DNA of 64,000 bases from Clostridia bacterium (GTDB taxonomy: Bacteria; Bacillota; Clostridia; Oscillospirales; CAG-272): assembly GCA_024404505.1 (NCBI GenBank), contig JAKSPU010000001.1, positions 8,375-72,374 on the forward strand, read 5' to 3'. The notes under the pieces were generated by a model, which saw only the letters and a program-made list of their open reading frames with translations, had not been told where the DNA came from and did not search any database. Within the stretch, counting starts at the first letter, position 1. Every line of letters begins with the position of its first letter. Positions 8,987 to 17,592 of the stretch are shown piece by piece. The position numbers and the translations under genes were made by a program.

Positions 8987-9253
8987 ATGAACAAAAAACG
9001 TCGTTTTCCGTCCGGTCGGGCAGCTTTCGGTCCGTCTCTGTGGGCCGGGCGGCTCATGATGATCTGTCTTCCGCTCATCACGGGCGCCGTGTGTGCCGTA
9101 GCCGCGATGGCGTACGAGGGCATCATGGCCGGGGAGGCCGGGCTGTGGATCCGTCTCGGCGATCATTTGGCCGCCATCGGTGCGTCTCTCGACGTCATGC
9201 TGGTCGGAGCGGTCATGATCGAGTGGAAGGACATATGGAAAAAGGAGCCGTAA
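8987..9253 (+). CDS. Small (88 aa) two-helix membrane protein
   Basis: ATG at 8987 after GAAAGGAG. Two hydrophobic segments (LMMICLPLITGAVCAVAAMA; LAAIGASLDVMLVGAVMI). It has its own promoter and terminator. Confidence 0.5.
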   Translation: MNKKRRFPSGRAAFGPSLWAGRLMMICLPLITGAVCAVAAMAYEGIMAGEAGLWIRLGDHLAAIGASLDVMLVGAVMIEWKDIWKKEP

Positions 9254-9264
9254 GGCTCCTTTTT
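9239..9264. terminator. Bidirectional terminator between convergent genes
   Basis: AAAAAGGAGCC, loop GTAA, GGCTCCTTTTT. The loop contains the TAA stop of the small gene. The helicase stop lies at 9268-9270. Confidence 0.75.
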
Positions 9265-9267
9265 CCG

Positions 9268-11688
9268 TCAATACTCCGTGAGTATCTCCCCGAGCCGCTC
9301 CACGACCTCGTCCGGCCGCAGGCGGTCGGCGGCGTAGGCCTTCCGCAGAAGGTCGCCGGGGATATACTCGTCGTACTTGTCGAAGATCGGCTGCTCACCC
9401 GACTGCACCAGCGACTCGCAGTCGATGCCGTCGCGGCGCGCGGACTGCTCCAGATGCGAGATCAAATCGTAGTCGCTGCCGCGCTCCATGCGGAAGGTCA
9501 TATAGTAGCAGCCCTCAAATTCGAGATTGGTGATCCTGCAGGGACCGGCGTTATGCTGGATATACTTCCGCATCGTGCGGAACGAACGAGTCCCGAGCCA
9601 CGGGAACAGGCACCATGAGTACCCGCCGAGATGCACCATGCTGTGATCCAGCATCCCGGTATTGCGGGCGACGTGCCGCGCGACGTCCAGCCGCTTGCGC
9701 GCGTTGGGCTTGAGGTACGGATAGACGGTATCCTCGGCCAGCACCTGACGCATCCGCTGCAGGACGCGGGTATGGATCTCGCCGAAGTCGCCCGGCCACG
9801 AGACCTCCATCTTGCCGTCGACTTTATGGACGTAGATCAACTTGCGCTGCACGTCCAGCTCTTCGACCTCCCAGACGCGTCCGGCGAGGGCAAAGCGGTC
9901 GCCCACGGGGGGCGGTGTGGTGATCGTGCCGATCTCGTCGGACCCGGCACGGACGGTATAGTCCTCGGTATCCTTGAAAACGGCGTAGAATTTGAAGGAC
10001 TTGAGCAGCCGCTCGCCCGCCAGACCCACGATCAGTCCCTTCTCCTCGGTCATCTCGATGAACTCATGCTCGATCATGGAGGCCATGAGAGTGCGGTAGT
10101 CCTCCTTGGAGACGTGCGCGAACGGCGGCAGGGACAGCACGCGCTCGGCCAGCCGGCGCGGAGTCAGCTCACCGGACGATGCCAGCATACTAAGCGTCTG
10201 ATGGAACAGAAGGCTCATGGGCATGGTGCGGCGCTGAGGCGGCTCGATGAAGCGGTCCTCGATGTAAAGCTGGATGACCGCGATGCCGCGCAGCAGCTCC
10301 CACGGGATCAGCTGCGGCAGCGGTGTGTTGGGCAGAGGGTCCTCCTCGCGGAAGACCATCATCATCTCCGGAGGCTCACCGCGCCGCCCGGACCGTCCGA
10401 GCCTTTGCAAAAAGCTCGTGACCGAGTTCGGCGCCTGACTCTGCAGGACGCGCTCCAGCCGTCCGATATCGATGCCGAGCTCCATTGTGACGGTGGCGCA
10501 GGTGACGGCGAACATCTCCTCGTCCTTCATCTTGGCCTCCGCCTCCTCGCGGATGGACGCGGACAGGTTGCCGTGGTGGATGAGGAACACGTCGGGGTCC
10601 CCGCGGTGTTTGGCGATCTGGCGGAGCGTCGCACAGAGGTACTCCGTCTCCTCCCGAGAGTTGGAGAACACCAGCGATTTCTTGTCCTTGACGCAATCGT
10701 ACATATACTCGTACCCTGCGTCCAGCACGGACGTGACGGCCCGCTCGGCGGCTGCCTGTGCCATAGCGTCCGCGACAGCCTCGGCGGTCGCGCGGACGAT
10801 GGCGGTGCCGGGTGCGTCCTCCCCTGCCCCGCCGTCAGCCTGCGGCTGCTGCTTTTCCTCGTACTCGCCCTCGATCAGGCGGGAGTCGGAGGTAAGGACT
10901 CGCCGCTCGGCTTCCATAGCCTCACTGTATCCGGCTTCACTGTCGGCAGGCTCGGCGCTCTGATCGCGGCCGGCGTTCTGGATATAGAAATGCTCAAGGC
11001 CCAGCCGCCAGCGGATGCGGCCCTCCTCAAAGGCAGGCACGTCGGTGGGGGTATCGGTCCCGGCGGACAGCCAATCGGCGGCGAGCGTGGGATCGCCGAT
11101 GGTAGCGGACAGACCGATGCGGCGCGGGGTACGGCCGATCAGGTGTCCGATGCGGTCCAGCTGGCAGATGATCTGATTGCCGCGGTCGGAGCCTGTCAGC
11201 GTGTGGATCTCGTCTATGACGATGTACCGCAGCTCACCGAACAGGCGGAAAATGTCGTTGGAACGGTTGATCAGCATGGATTCCAGCGATTCAGGCGTGA
11301 TCTGCAGGATGCCGCGCGGCTGGTCGAGCAGCTTCTTCTTATGGGACATGGCGACGTCGCCGTGCCAGCGCGTGACGCGGATGCCGGTCATATCGAGCAG
11401 CTCGTCCATACGGGCGAACTGGTCGTTGATAAGGCTCTTGAGCGGCGCGATGTACAGCGCCCCGACCGACTGCGGCGGATTCTCATACAGGTCGGAAAGG
11501 ATCGGGAAAAAGGCCGCCTCCGTCTTGCCGCTGGCGGTGGAGGAGGTCAGGAGCAGGTGATGGTCGGTCAAAAACAGCGTCCGGGCTGCCGCGACCTGCA
11601 CCGCCCGCAGGGCCTCCCACTTGTGGGAGAAAATATACTCCCGGATAAAGTCCGGAAATCGTTCGAATATCTGTTCGGCTTCGGTCAT
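9268..11688 (-). CDS. Superfamily-2 DEAD/DEAH helicase, Lhr/BrxHI-like
   Basis: ATG at 11688 after AAAGGAG. Motif I TASGKTEAA, motif II DEIH, motif III SAT, motif VI QRLGRSGRR. A ~330-aa C-terminal extension follows the RecA2 domain. Confidence 0.85.
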   Translation of the reverse strand: MTEAEQIFERFPDFIREYIFSHKWEALRAVQVAAARTLFLTDHHLLLTSSTASGKTEAAFFPILSDLYENPPQSVGALYIAPLKSLINDQFARMDELLDMTGIRVTRWHGDVAMSHKKKLLDQPRGILQITPESLESMLINRSNDIFRLFGELRYIVIDEIHTLTGSDRGNQIICQLDRIGHLIGRTPRRIGLSATIGDPTLAADWLSAGTDTPTDVPAFEEGRIRWRLGLEHFYIQNAGRDQSAEPADSEAGYSEAMEAERRVLTSDSRLIEGEYEEKQQPQADGGAGEDAPGTAIVRATAEAVADAMAQAAAERAVTSVLDAGYEYMYDCVKDKKSLVFSNSREETEYLCATLRQIAKHRGDPDVFLIHHGNLSASIREEAEAKMKDEEMFAVTCATVTMELGIDIGRLERVLQSQAPNSVTSFLQRLGRSGRRGEPPEMMMVFREEDPLPNTPLPQLIPWELLRGIAVIQLYIEDRFIEPPQRRTMPMSLLFHQTLSMLASSGELTPRRLAERVLSLPPFAHVSKEDYRTLMASMIEHEFIEMTEEKGLIVGLAGERLLKSFKFYAVFKDTEDYTVRAGSDEIGTITTPPPVGDRFALAGRVWEVEELDVQRKLIYVHKVDGKMEVSWPGDFGEIHTRVLQRMRQVLAEDTVYPYLKPNARKRLDVARHVARNTGMLDHSMVHLGGYSWCLFPWLGTRSFRTMRKYIQHNAGPCRITNLEFEGCYYMTFRMERGSDYDLISHLEQSARRDGIDCESLVQSGEQPIFDKYDEYIPGDLLRKAYAADRLRPDEVVERLGEILTEY

Positions 11689-11740
11689 GGGAAGCTCCTT
11701 TCCTGAAAGGAAGTCACGGAGGCGTTTTAGGGCCGCCCTT

Positions 11741-12436
11741 TTATTTTCCGAACGCCAGACAAGCCTCCATTGCCTCGCGGTTGGTCATATAGCGGACGTC
11801 GCTGCGGCCGGCCATCATGTCGAGGAACCTCGTGAACCGCTCCCAGCTGTGCAGCTTGTCAAACTCAAAGCTGTGTCCCCAGACGTAGAACAACAGTACC
11901 CTGTCATCCGGATCGGGCGTACTGATGAAGCGCTCACCCAGCTCGAACAGGTCCTCGTCCCGCTCGTAGGAGGTGGGATACCATGCAAGGAAGTTCTCGG
12001 GCGGCGTGAAATCGTGCGTCGAGCCGACAGCGCGGGCATACCGGATGCCGCAGGAGCGGATGAGCGAGATGACCCTGTCGTCAAAGAAGGGTCCGCCGGG
12101 GTACGCCATACCGACGACCTCGTACCCGCACAGCGCCTCCAGCGCACGTTTGTCATCCCCGACCTCATGGCGCACGGTATCGTCATCGCAGAGGAGCAGA
12201 TTGGGATGATGGACGGTATGTACGGCGATCTCATGACCGCGGTAGAGGGACTTCACCTCGTCGGGCAGGATCTCGTTGTGGTTGACGATGATGCCCTCGT
12301 GGTCGATGTCGTGGATCGTACCGAACAGGCCGGAGTTGAGGTTAAAGGTAGCCTTGATGCCCCGCTGATTCAGCATGGGCACGAAGCGGCGGTCCTGTAC
12401 GGTGCCGTCGTCAAAGGAAAGAGTAAGTATCTTCAT
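11741..12436 (-). CDS. Polysaccharide deacetylase (CE4 family)
   Basis: ATG after AAGGAGG. LTLSFDDG, GIKATFNLNSG, HTVHHP and FYVWGHSFEF motifs. Confidence 0.85.
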   Translation of the reverse strand: MKILTLSFDDGTVQDRRFVPMLNQRGIKATFNLNSGLFGTIHDIDHEGIIVNHNEILPDEVKSLYRGHEIAVHTVHHPNLLLCDDDTVRHEVGDDKRALEALCGYEVVGMAYPGGPFFDDRVISLIRSCGIRYARAVGSTHDFTPPENFLAWYPTSYERDEDLFELGERFISTPDPDDRVLLFYVWGHSFEFDKLHSWERFTRFLDMMAGRSDVRYMTNREAMEACLAFGK

Positions 12437-12448
12437 GCCGGCACCTCC

Positions 12449-13768
12449 TTACAGCGCGTACGTCAGGAACAGCACGGTGTCCGGGCCGATGGTCTCCGGC
12501 AGCCCGCACGCGGCGCACAGGTGGTCTTTGTCCGACAGGCAGCACGAGGTCAGCGTACCATCGGTGCAGAGATCGAGGGGCAGCGGCGTGTCACCGGGGT
12601 TGGAGATCAGAACGGCACCCGTTCTGCCATCGGACGCGGCCAGCGCGTAGGGGACGGCAGCCGCTGCGGCCGCGTCCGACGCGGTGTCGAAAATGACGGC
12701 GCACTCACGGCCCAGCTGATAGAGCTTGTTGAAGTGTACGAACGCATAGTAGGCAGCGAGAGGCTCGCGGGTCAGCGGGTTGAACAGACCGCCGTACATA
12801 CTCGTACCGAAGCGGGCGTCGTAGAACATGGCAGAGTCCAGAGGCATCTGCTGCATCGCGCACAGCATGGCGGCGGTGTAAGCGGCGTGCTTGGCCGTAC
12901 CGCGCAGGTGAGGCGCACAGTTCCACTCGTTGCAGGTCGTTTCGGTTTCGGTGAAGCCGTACTTGTCCAGCTGCTCACGGGCGTAGCGCGCGAACTTGCC
13001 TGTGTTCTTGATGGAGTCGTAGCTGTGCCACGAGAAGAAGTCCAGCGGACAGTCGTTGGCCTTCACGTACTTCAGGAAGTTATCGAAGAAGATATTGAAA
13101 TGCTCGGCGCGGGCGTTGGTGAATCCGGCGGAGGGGATGAACTCCCCCGTGATGGCGTAGAAGCCGCAGGAGCCGTAGCCGCCGATCTTCAGGTGCGGGA
13201 ACCTCGCCTTGAGGTACTTGGACGCGGTGCCGTACAGCTCGTAGTACTGCTCGGGCGTTCCCTTCCACATCGGGTTGTTTTCTATCAGGTCGCTGTTGTC
13301 CGGCTCGTTCCAGATCTCCCAGTAGCGGATGGGGTAGGTGAAGCCGTCCGCCCAGCCCTCGGTGTAGTGGCGGATGATGCCCTCGCATATCTTCGCCCAC
13401 TTGAGGTTGTCCTTGGGCGGGAAGATACGGTAGGAATGGATATGATGGTAGTTTTCGATGGTGACGCCAAGGCGGTAGAAGGGCTCGGTGCCGTTGTCCA
13501 TCAGGCCCTTGATGAGGACGTCGGTGAAGCCGAAGATATAGCTGGCGGGATCCTCGGGATCGGCGTCAAAGTCCGGGAACACGTTGGGGATGTCCACGTA
13601 CATACCGCCGCCGAGCGCGCCGCCGACGTCATGCAGGCGGGAAAACGGCATACCAGCCTCCTTGAGGTAATGCATCATGGAGGTATCGATGCCGGAAAAG
13701 GGAGGCTGTCCGACTCCGTGCATGGGCTTGACAGCGGGGCCGAGATCGTGGAAGTCGATTCTCATCAT
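12449..13768 (-). CDS. Clan GH-A glycoside hydrolase, GH39-like
   Basis: ATG after CAGGAGGAA. YWEIWNEPDN (acid/base region), FFSWHSY and TTCNEWN (candidate nucleophile). No signal peptide. Confidence 0.7.
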   Translation of the reverse strand: MMRIDFHDLGPAVKPMHGVGQPPFSGIDTSMMHYLKEAGMPFSRLHDVGGALGGGMYVDIPNVFPDFDADPEDPASYIFGFTDVLIKGLMDNGTEPFYRLGVTIENYHHIHSYRIFPPKDNLKWAKICEGIIRHYTEGWADGFTYPIRYWEIWNEPDNSDLIENNPMWKGTPEQYYELYGTASKYLKARFPHLKIGGYGSCGFYAITGEFIPSAGFTNARAEHFNIFFDNFLKYVKANDCPLDFFSWHSYDSIKNTGKFARYAREQLDKYGFTETETTCNEWNCAPHLRGTAKHAAYTAAMLCAMQQMPLDSAMFYDARFGTSMYGGLFNPLTREPLAAYYAFVHFNKLYQLGRECAVIFDTASDAAAAAAVPYALAASDGRTGAVLISNPGDTPLPLDLCTDGTLTSCCLSDKDHLCAACGLPETIGPDTVLFLTYAL

Positions 13769-13788
13769 GGTAGGTTTCCTCCTGTATA

Positions 13789-15195
13789 TCAGAAATCAAG
13801 GTCTTCGGGGTTGAATATCTTCTTTTCCGTTGCGGGGACTTCTTCGGTCTTTTTCTCGGCGGCGGTGGGCGCCCAGGCGTCTCCTTCGTCGTCGTCACCG
13901 TGCTTCAGCGTGACCGCGCTGCCGACCACCTGCTCAAAGGTGGCCTCCGGGTTCTGCATGAGGATGTTCAGCACGGTCATGTAGTCGCGCAGCATTTCGC
14001 GCGGTGTGATCATGCTGTCCGCGCCCGCGCGGGACAGGCACAGGTTGAGGAACGCAAGCTGCTCCTCGTCGGTGAGACGGACGTCCCAGTTATAATACTG
14101 CGCGTACAGCTGCGTGATGCGGCGGATGAGAGCCAGCAGCTCGTCGTCGGACAGACGGCGCAGGCGGATGACGGGTCCGATCAGATTCTTGAAGCCGTCC
14201 AGCGCGAAGCGGCTGTCACACAGGCGGGACCGAAGCGCCTCGTAGCTGAACAGCCCGCGCCGCGTGTCCTCGAGGAACTGCGGCGTCCCGCCGAACACGA
14301 TGCCGAGACCGGGCGCGCGGCCCTGCAGCGTATCGTTGAACATCGCAAGGATCTTCTCGTAGTTGTTCTCCCGGCTGACACGGTGCGCGATCTTGAAGAG
14401 GTTGACGCACTCGTCGATGAACACCATGAGGCCGCGGTAGCCCATGCGCTTAGACAGCGCCGCCCACAGCTTGAGGAAATCGTACCAGTTCTCGTCATCG
14501 ATGATTACGGACACGGCAAAGCCGAGGTCGTTCCGGGCTTCCGTTTTGGTGGCGTATTCACCGCGCAGCCAGCGCAGGCAGGCACTCATGCGGGTCTGGG
14601 ACGCTTCCCCGCCCTCCAGATACGCCTTGTAGTACGCCGTGATGACGCGGGAAAAGTCGAAGCCGCCGACGAGGAACTCCAGCTCGCGCATGGTCTCGCT
14701 GACCTTGGCGGACAGCTTGTCGGGGAACGAGGGATCGTCGGCAGACACGCCGCCGCAGATCAGCTCGTCCTGCATCTGACCGATCCAGCGGGCGATCAGG
14801 CGCGGCAGCGCACCGCCGTCAGGCGATGCCTTGGAGGCGAGATTCTTCATCAGCTCGCGGTAAGTCGCCACACCGGACCCACCGGAGCCGTACAGACGGC
14901 GCTCGGGGGACAGGTCGGCGTCAGCCGTCAGGAAGTCACGCTCCAGCGCGTAGCCGCGGATCAGCTGGATCAGGAAGCTCTTGCCGGACCCGTAACGGCC
15001 GATCAGAAAGCGCATGGAGCCGCCGCCGCTGTCCAACATCTCAAGGTCGGAAAGCAGCGCGGCGATCTCATCCTTACGCCCGATGGCAATGTAGGGTGCA
15101 CCGGCGCGCGGCACGACGCCGGCGGACACCGACGACAAAAGGGATCCCAAGATCCGGCGGGGGACCTTGATCTGTTTTTCAGGATTCTGGGGCAT
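13789..15195 (-). CDS. P-loop ATPase, DUF2791 / BrxD-like
   Basis: Walker A GRYGSGKS and Walker B LMVFIDEC. The N-terminal layout (VPRAGAPYIAIGRKDEI) and overall size match my memory of the DUF2791 family. Confidence 0.7.
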   Translation of the reverse strand: MPQNPEKQIKVPRRILGSLLSSVSAGVVPRAGAPYIAIGRKDEIAALLSDLEMLDSGGGSMRFLIGRYGSGKSFLIQLIRGYALERDFLTADADLSPERRLYGSGGSGVATYRELMKNLASKASPDGGALPRLIARWIGQMQDELICGGVSADDPSFPDKLSAKVSETMRELEFLVGGFDFSRVITAYYKAYLEGGEASQTRMSACLRWLRGEYATKTEARNDLGFAVSVIIDDENWYDFLKLWAALSKRMGYRGLMVFIDECVNLFKIAHRVSRENNYEKILAMFNDTLQGRAPGLGIVFGGTPQFLEDTRRGLFSYEALRSRLCDSRFALDGFKNLIGPVIRLRRLSDDELLALIRRITQLYAQYYNWDVRLTDEEQLAFLNLCLSRAGADSMITPREMLRDYMTVLNILMQNPEATFEQVVGSAVTLKHGDDDEGDAWAPTAAEKKTEEVPATEKKIFNPEDLDF

Positions 15196-15223
15196 ATCTT
15201 ATCACCCTTTCTGTTTTCCGCCG

Positions 15224-17104
15224 TCAGACCTTCAACGCCTGACGGACAAGTTCACGGTAATCTTCAAGTACGGTATACACGCCGTCTCCGCGATCGTCGA
15301 GGATCACGTCCCCGACCTCGCCGTCGGCCGTGATCGCGTTGATCTCCTCGGCAACGGCATCGGGCATGGTGCGGCGGCTGACGGCGAACGCGCGCTGCCC
15401 GGGACCGTCCTCGTTCAGCGCCATGCGGACGAAGGTACACAGCTCGCCGAGCGCGTCAGCCAGCGAGACGGACGCGGGTGCGTCCGGCAAGGTGTCCTGT
15501 TCAGCCGGGAGCGGCTCCCTTGGGAGCGGCTCCACGTCCGGTACGGGATCCGCAGCGGGAACGGGTACGTCCTCGGGGACGCTGTCCTCTGCCCCGAACG
15601 CGTCGGTCAGGATGCGGGTGGTATCCCACGACGAGCGCTCGATAGCATCGGCATCCGCCAGCGTCACCTGCTTCTGCGGCAGGTCGTACAGCTTTTCGTA
15701 GGCCGGTGCCGGCTCGTCCTTTTTGGGAGCGGACAGCGGCTGGGTGGGCGCGAACGGACGCAGGTATACGTCCACGGCGTCCCGGACAGGGATCGGCAGC
15801 GTCAGGATGGACAGCCGCGACCGTACACCGATCCAGCCGCGGATGCGGTTCTCAACGTGCTTGACCACGTCCCCGATCAGGAAGCGGAATTCGTGGGAGC
15901 GTGAAAAGGACGTATAGGACACGGTGATGCGCCGCTTGTTGCGGTAGGCGCAGAGGGCGCCCGTATAGGCATCACGCGTGACGGACGAGTCCTGCATCGT
16001 GATCAGCGGGGCCTGACCGTTCCGCCCGAGCAGCAGCGGCAGGATCGCCGCCACGGCGCCGGGAACGAGCTTGTCAAACATCGGCGCCTGCTCGCCCTGC
16101 GCGAATTTGCTTTTGTGGTAATCATACTGACAGCAATGCCGCAGGAGGATGCGGGCGCTCTCAAGGTCGTGGCTGTCCCCCGTGACCGCGGCGGTCAGGT
16201 AGAATTCCTTGAGCCGGCTCATCTCGATGATGTCGCCGAGTGCCGGCATCAGGCGGTCCACAGGCGCGTTCAGGCGGTGGATGAGGCAGTAGTCGCACAG
16301 CCACTCGCACATATAGTGGTCAAGCTGGGGGTACCGCTTGCGGTAAGCGATCCAGACATCGGCCATGCGGTCACGCGCAGCGGCAGCCTCCGCGTCGTCG
16401 GCGGGCAGATTGATCAGCTCGAACAGGTACAAGAGGATATAAGCGTAGTCCGTATCCGGGTATTCCCCGCCGCGGACAGCCTCGCGCCAGCGCAGATACC
16501 ACGCCGTTTGTCCCTGCGTGAGCTGGGCATACTGAGGCAGGAAGGAGAAGAACGACTCCCGCCGCGCGGACTTATCCGACGGCTTCCGAGCCGCGTACCG
16601 GACCGCGTCGTGGGCAAATTCGTCAAAGTAATGGAAATTGGATCTCCACTCGTACACGCTGACCTTATGCAGCAGCACGCCGTCCGGCACGTACTCGAGG
16701 CACGGCGAATCCATCTGTGCCTCGTCCGCCGTGTGAGGCGGGACGAAGTGCGGCGTACCGCGGTCAACGGACAACGGGCGGTCACCTCGCGGGGCCGAGG
16801 AAGCACCGTACGGATTCGGATTGTCCTTCGGCGCCGTCCTGAGCGGCTGATCCGGACGGGCGGACGGATAGTCCTCCCGGCGGACGGTCAGCGGAACGGC
16901 GGCGACGGTGTCCTCCGCCGCGGGCGGACGTTGGTCAAGCTCGACCTCGACCGCCGACGGCGGGGTCTGCGCCGGACGGACGACGATCCGGGACGGACGG
17001 GAGCCCGGCAGAAGGTTTTCCACGTTCCAGAAGTCGTCCAGCTCCTTTTGGCGCGCTCGATCTCCGATCGTATCTTCGATCGCAGCGTTTTTCTTTTCCT
17101 GCAT
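15224..17104 (-). CDS. TerB-N / TerB-C domain protein
   Basis: ATG at 17104 after AAAGGAGGAAAAAA; the longer ORF to 17173 has no RBS. TerB-N-like FFSFLPQYAQLTQGQTAWYLRWREAVRGGEYPDTDYAYILLYLFELINL. TerB-C-like C-terminus MPDAVAEEINAITADGEVGDVILDD..YTVLEDYRELV. Confidence 0.7.
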   Translation of the reverse strand: MQEKKNAAIEDTIGDRARQKELDDFWNVENLLPGSRPSRIVVRPAQTPPSAVEVELDQRPPAAEDTVAAVPLTVRREDYPSARPDQPLRTAPKDNPNPYGASSAPRGDRPLSVDRGTPHFVPPHTADEAQMDSPCLEYVPDGVLLHKVSVYEWRSNFHYFDEFAHDAVRYAARKPSDKSARRESFFSFLPQYAQLTQGQTAWYLRWREAVRGGEYPDTDYAYILLYLFELINLPADDAEAAAARDRMADVWIAYRKRYPQLDHYMCEWLCDYCLIHRLNAPVDRLMPALGDIIEMSRLKEFYLTAAVTGDSHDLESARILLRHCCQYDYHKSKFAQGEQAPMFDKLVPGAVAAILPLLLGRNGQAPLITMQDSSVTRDAYTGALCAYRNKRRITVSYTSFSRSHEFRFLIGDVVKHVENRIRGWIGVRSRLSILTLPIPVRDAVDVYLRPFAPTQPLSAPKKDEPAPAYEKLYDLPQKQVTLADADAIERSSWDTTRILTDAFGAEDSVPEDVPVPAADPVPDVEPLPREPLPAEQDTLPDAPASVSLADALGELCTFVRMALNEDGPGQRAFAVSRRTMPDAVAEEINAITADGEVGDVILDDRGDGVYTVLEDYRELVRQALKV

Positions 17105-17193
17105 AGGCTTTTTTCCTCCTTTTCCCCGCCGTCCGGCGGACGCGCGGACGGCAAAACTCCGGTGCGGCGGCACCGGTCGGTCTGTATCATATT

Positions 17194-17222
17194 ATTGTAT
17201 CATACGCAAGGTGATTTGTCAA
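17194..17222 (-). promoter_or_regulatory. Sigma-A promoter of the TerB/BrxD/helicase operon
   Basis: On the minus strand: TTGACA (17222-17217), 17-nt spacer, TACAAT (17199-17194). Confidence 0.65.
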
Positions 17223-17454
17223 CGGAATTCAAAAAAGTTTTACCGGCAAATCGTTTTTGGTGCGTCCGCTCTCCGCGTGTTTCTTCCGGGCCGGGTCCCG
17301 GTGGCTTCAAACGTCAAAAGAGCCGACAGGCTTTACGCAGACCCGCAAAAAGTCCGGTATTGCGGTCTGAAACGGCAAAATAAGCCGATATTGCAATGTT
17401 TGGGGTATCTATTCGTCAAATTCAAGAAAATTCAGACGAATACCGCTAAAACTG

Positions 17455-17483
17455 TTGACAATCCGTCCCCTTTGTGCTATACT
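17455..17483 (+). promoter_or_regulatory. Sigma-A promoter of mgtE
   Basis: TTGACA (17455-17460), 17-nt spacer, TATACT (17478-17483). Confidence 0.7.
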
Positions 17484-17592
17484 GTATCAGCCGCGGGAAC
17501 GCTCACGCGCCGTGCGGCCCATGTGGGGAGCGGGTTTGCCTTGCCGCCTGCCCCATATCCAAATCAAGCAAAGAAACGGGGGATGAATCGTT

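Noticed and set aside
9631-13984. Long plus-strand ORFs (691 aa and 787 aa) antisense to the helicase, CE4 and GH39 genes. Similar antisense ORFs lie at 17503-19683, 28654-30756, 33798-36008, 36112-38409, 39241-42405, 48513-50264, 54060-55706 and 62022-63509.
   Set aside because: Their composition is Arg/Gly/Ala/His-rich, typical of antisense frames in high-GC DNA. Every one lies opposite a gene with clear catalytic motifs.
17484-17592. An expected M-box riboswitch upstream of mgtE.
   Set aside because: The leader is too short and lacks the conserved M-box segments I remember. It is reported only as an absence that needs an Infernal check.
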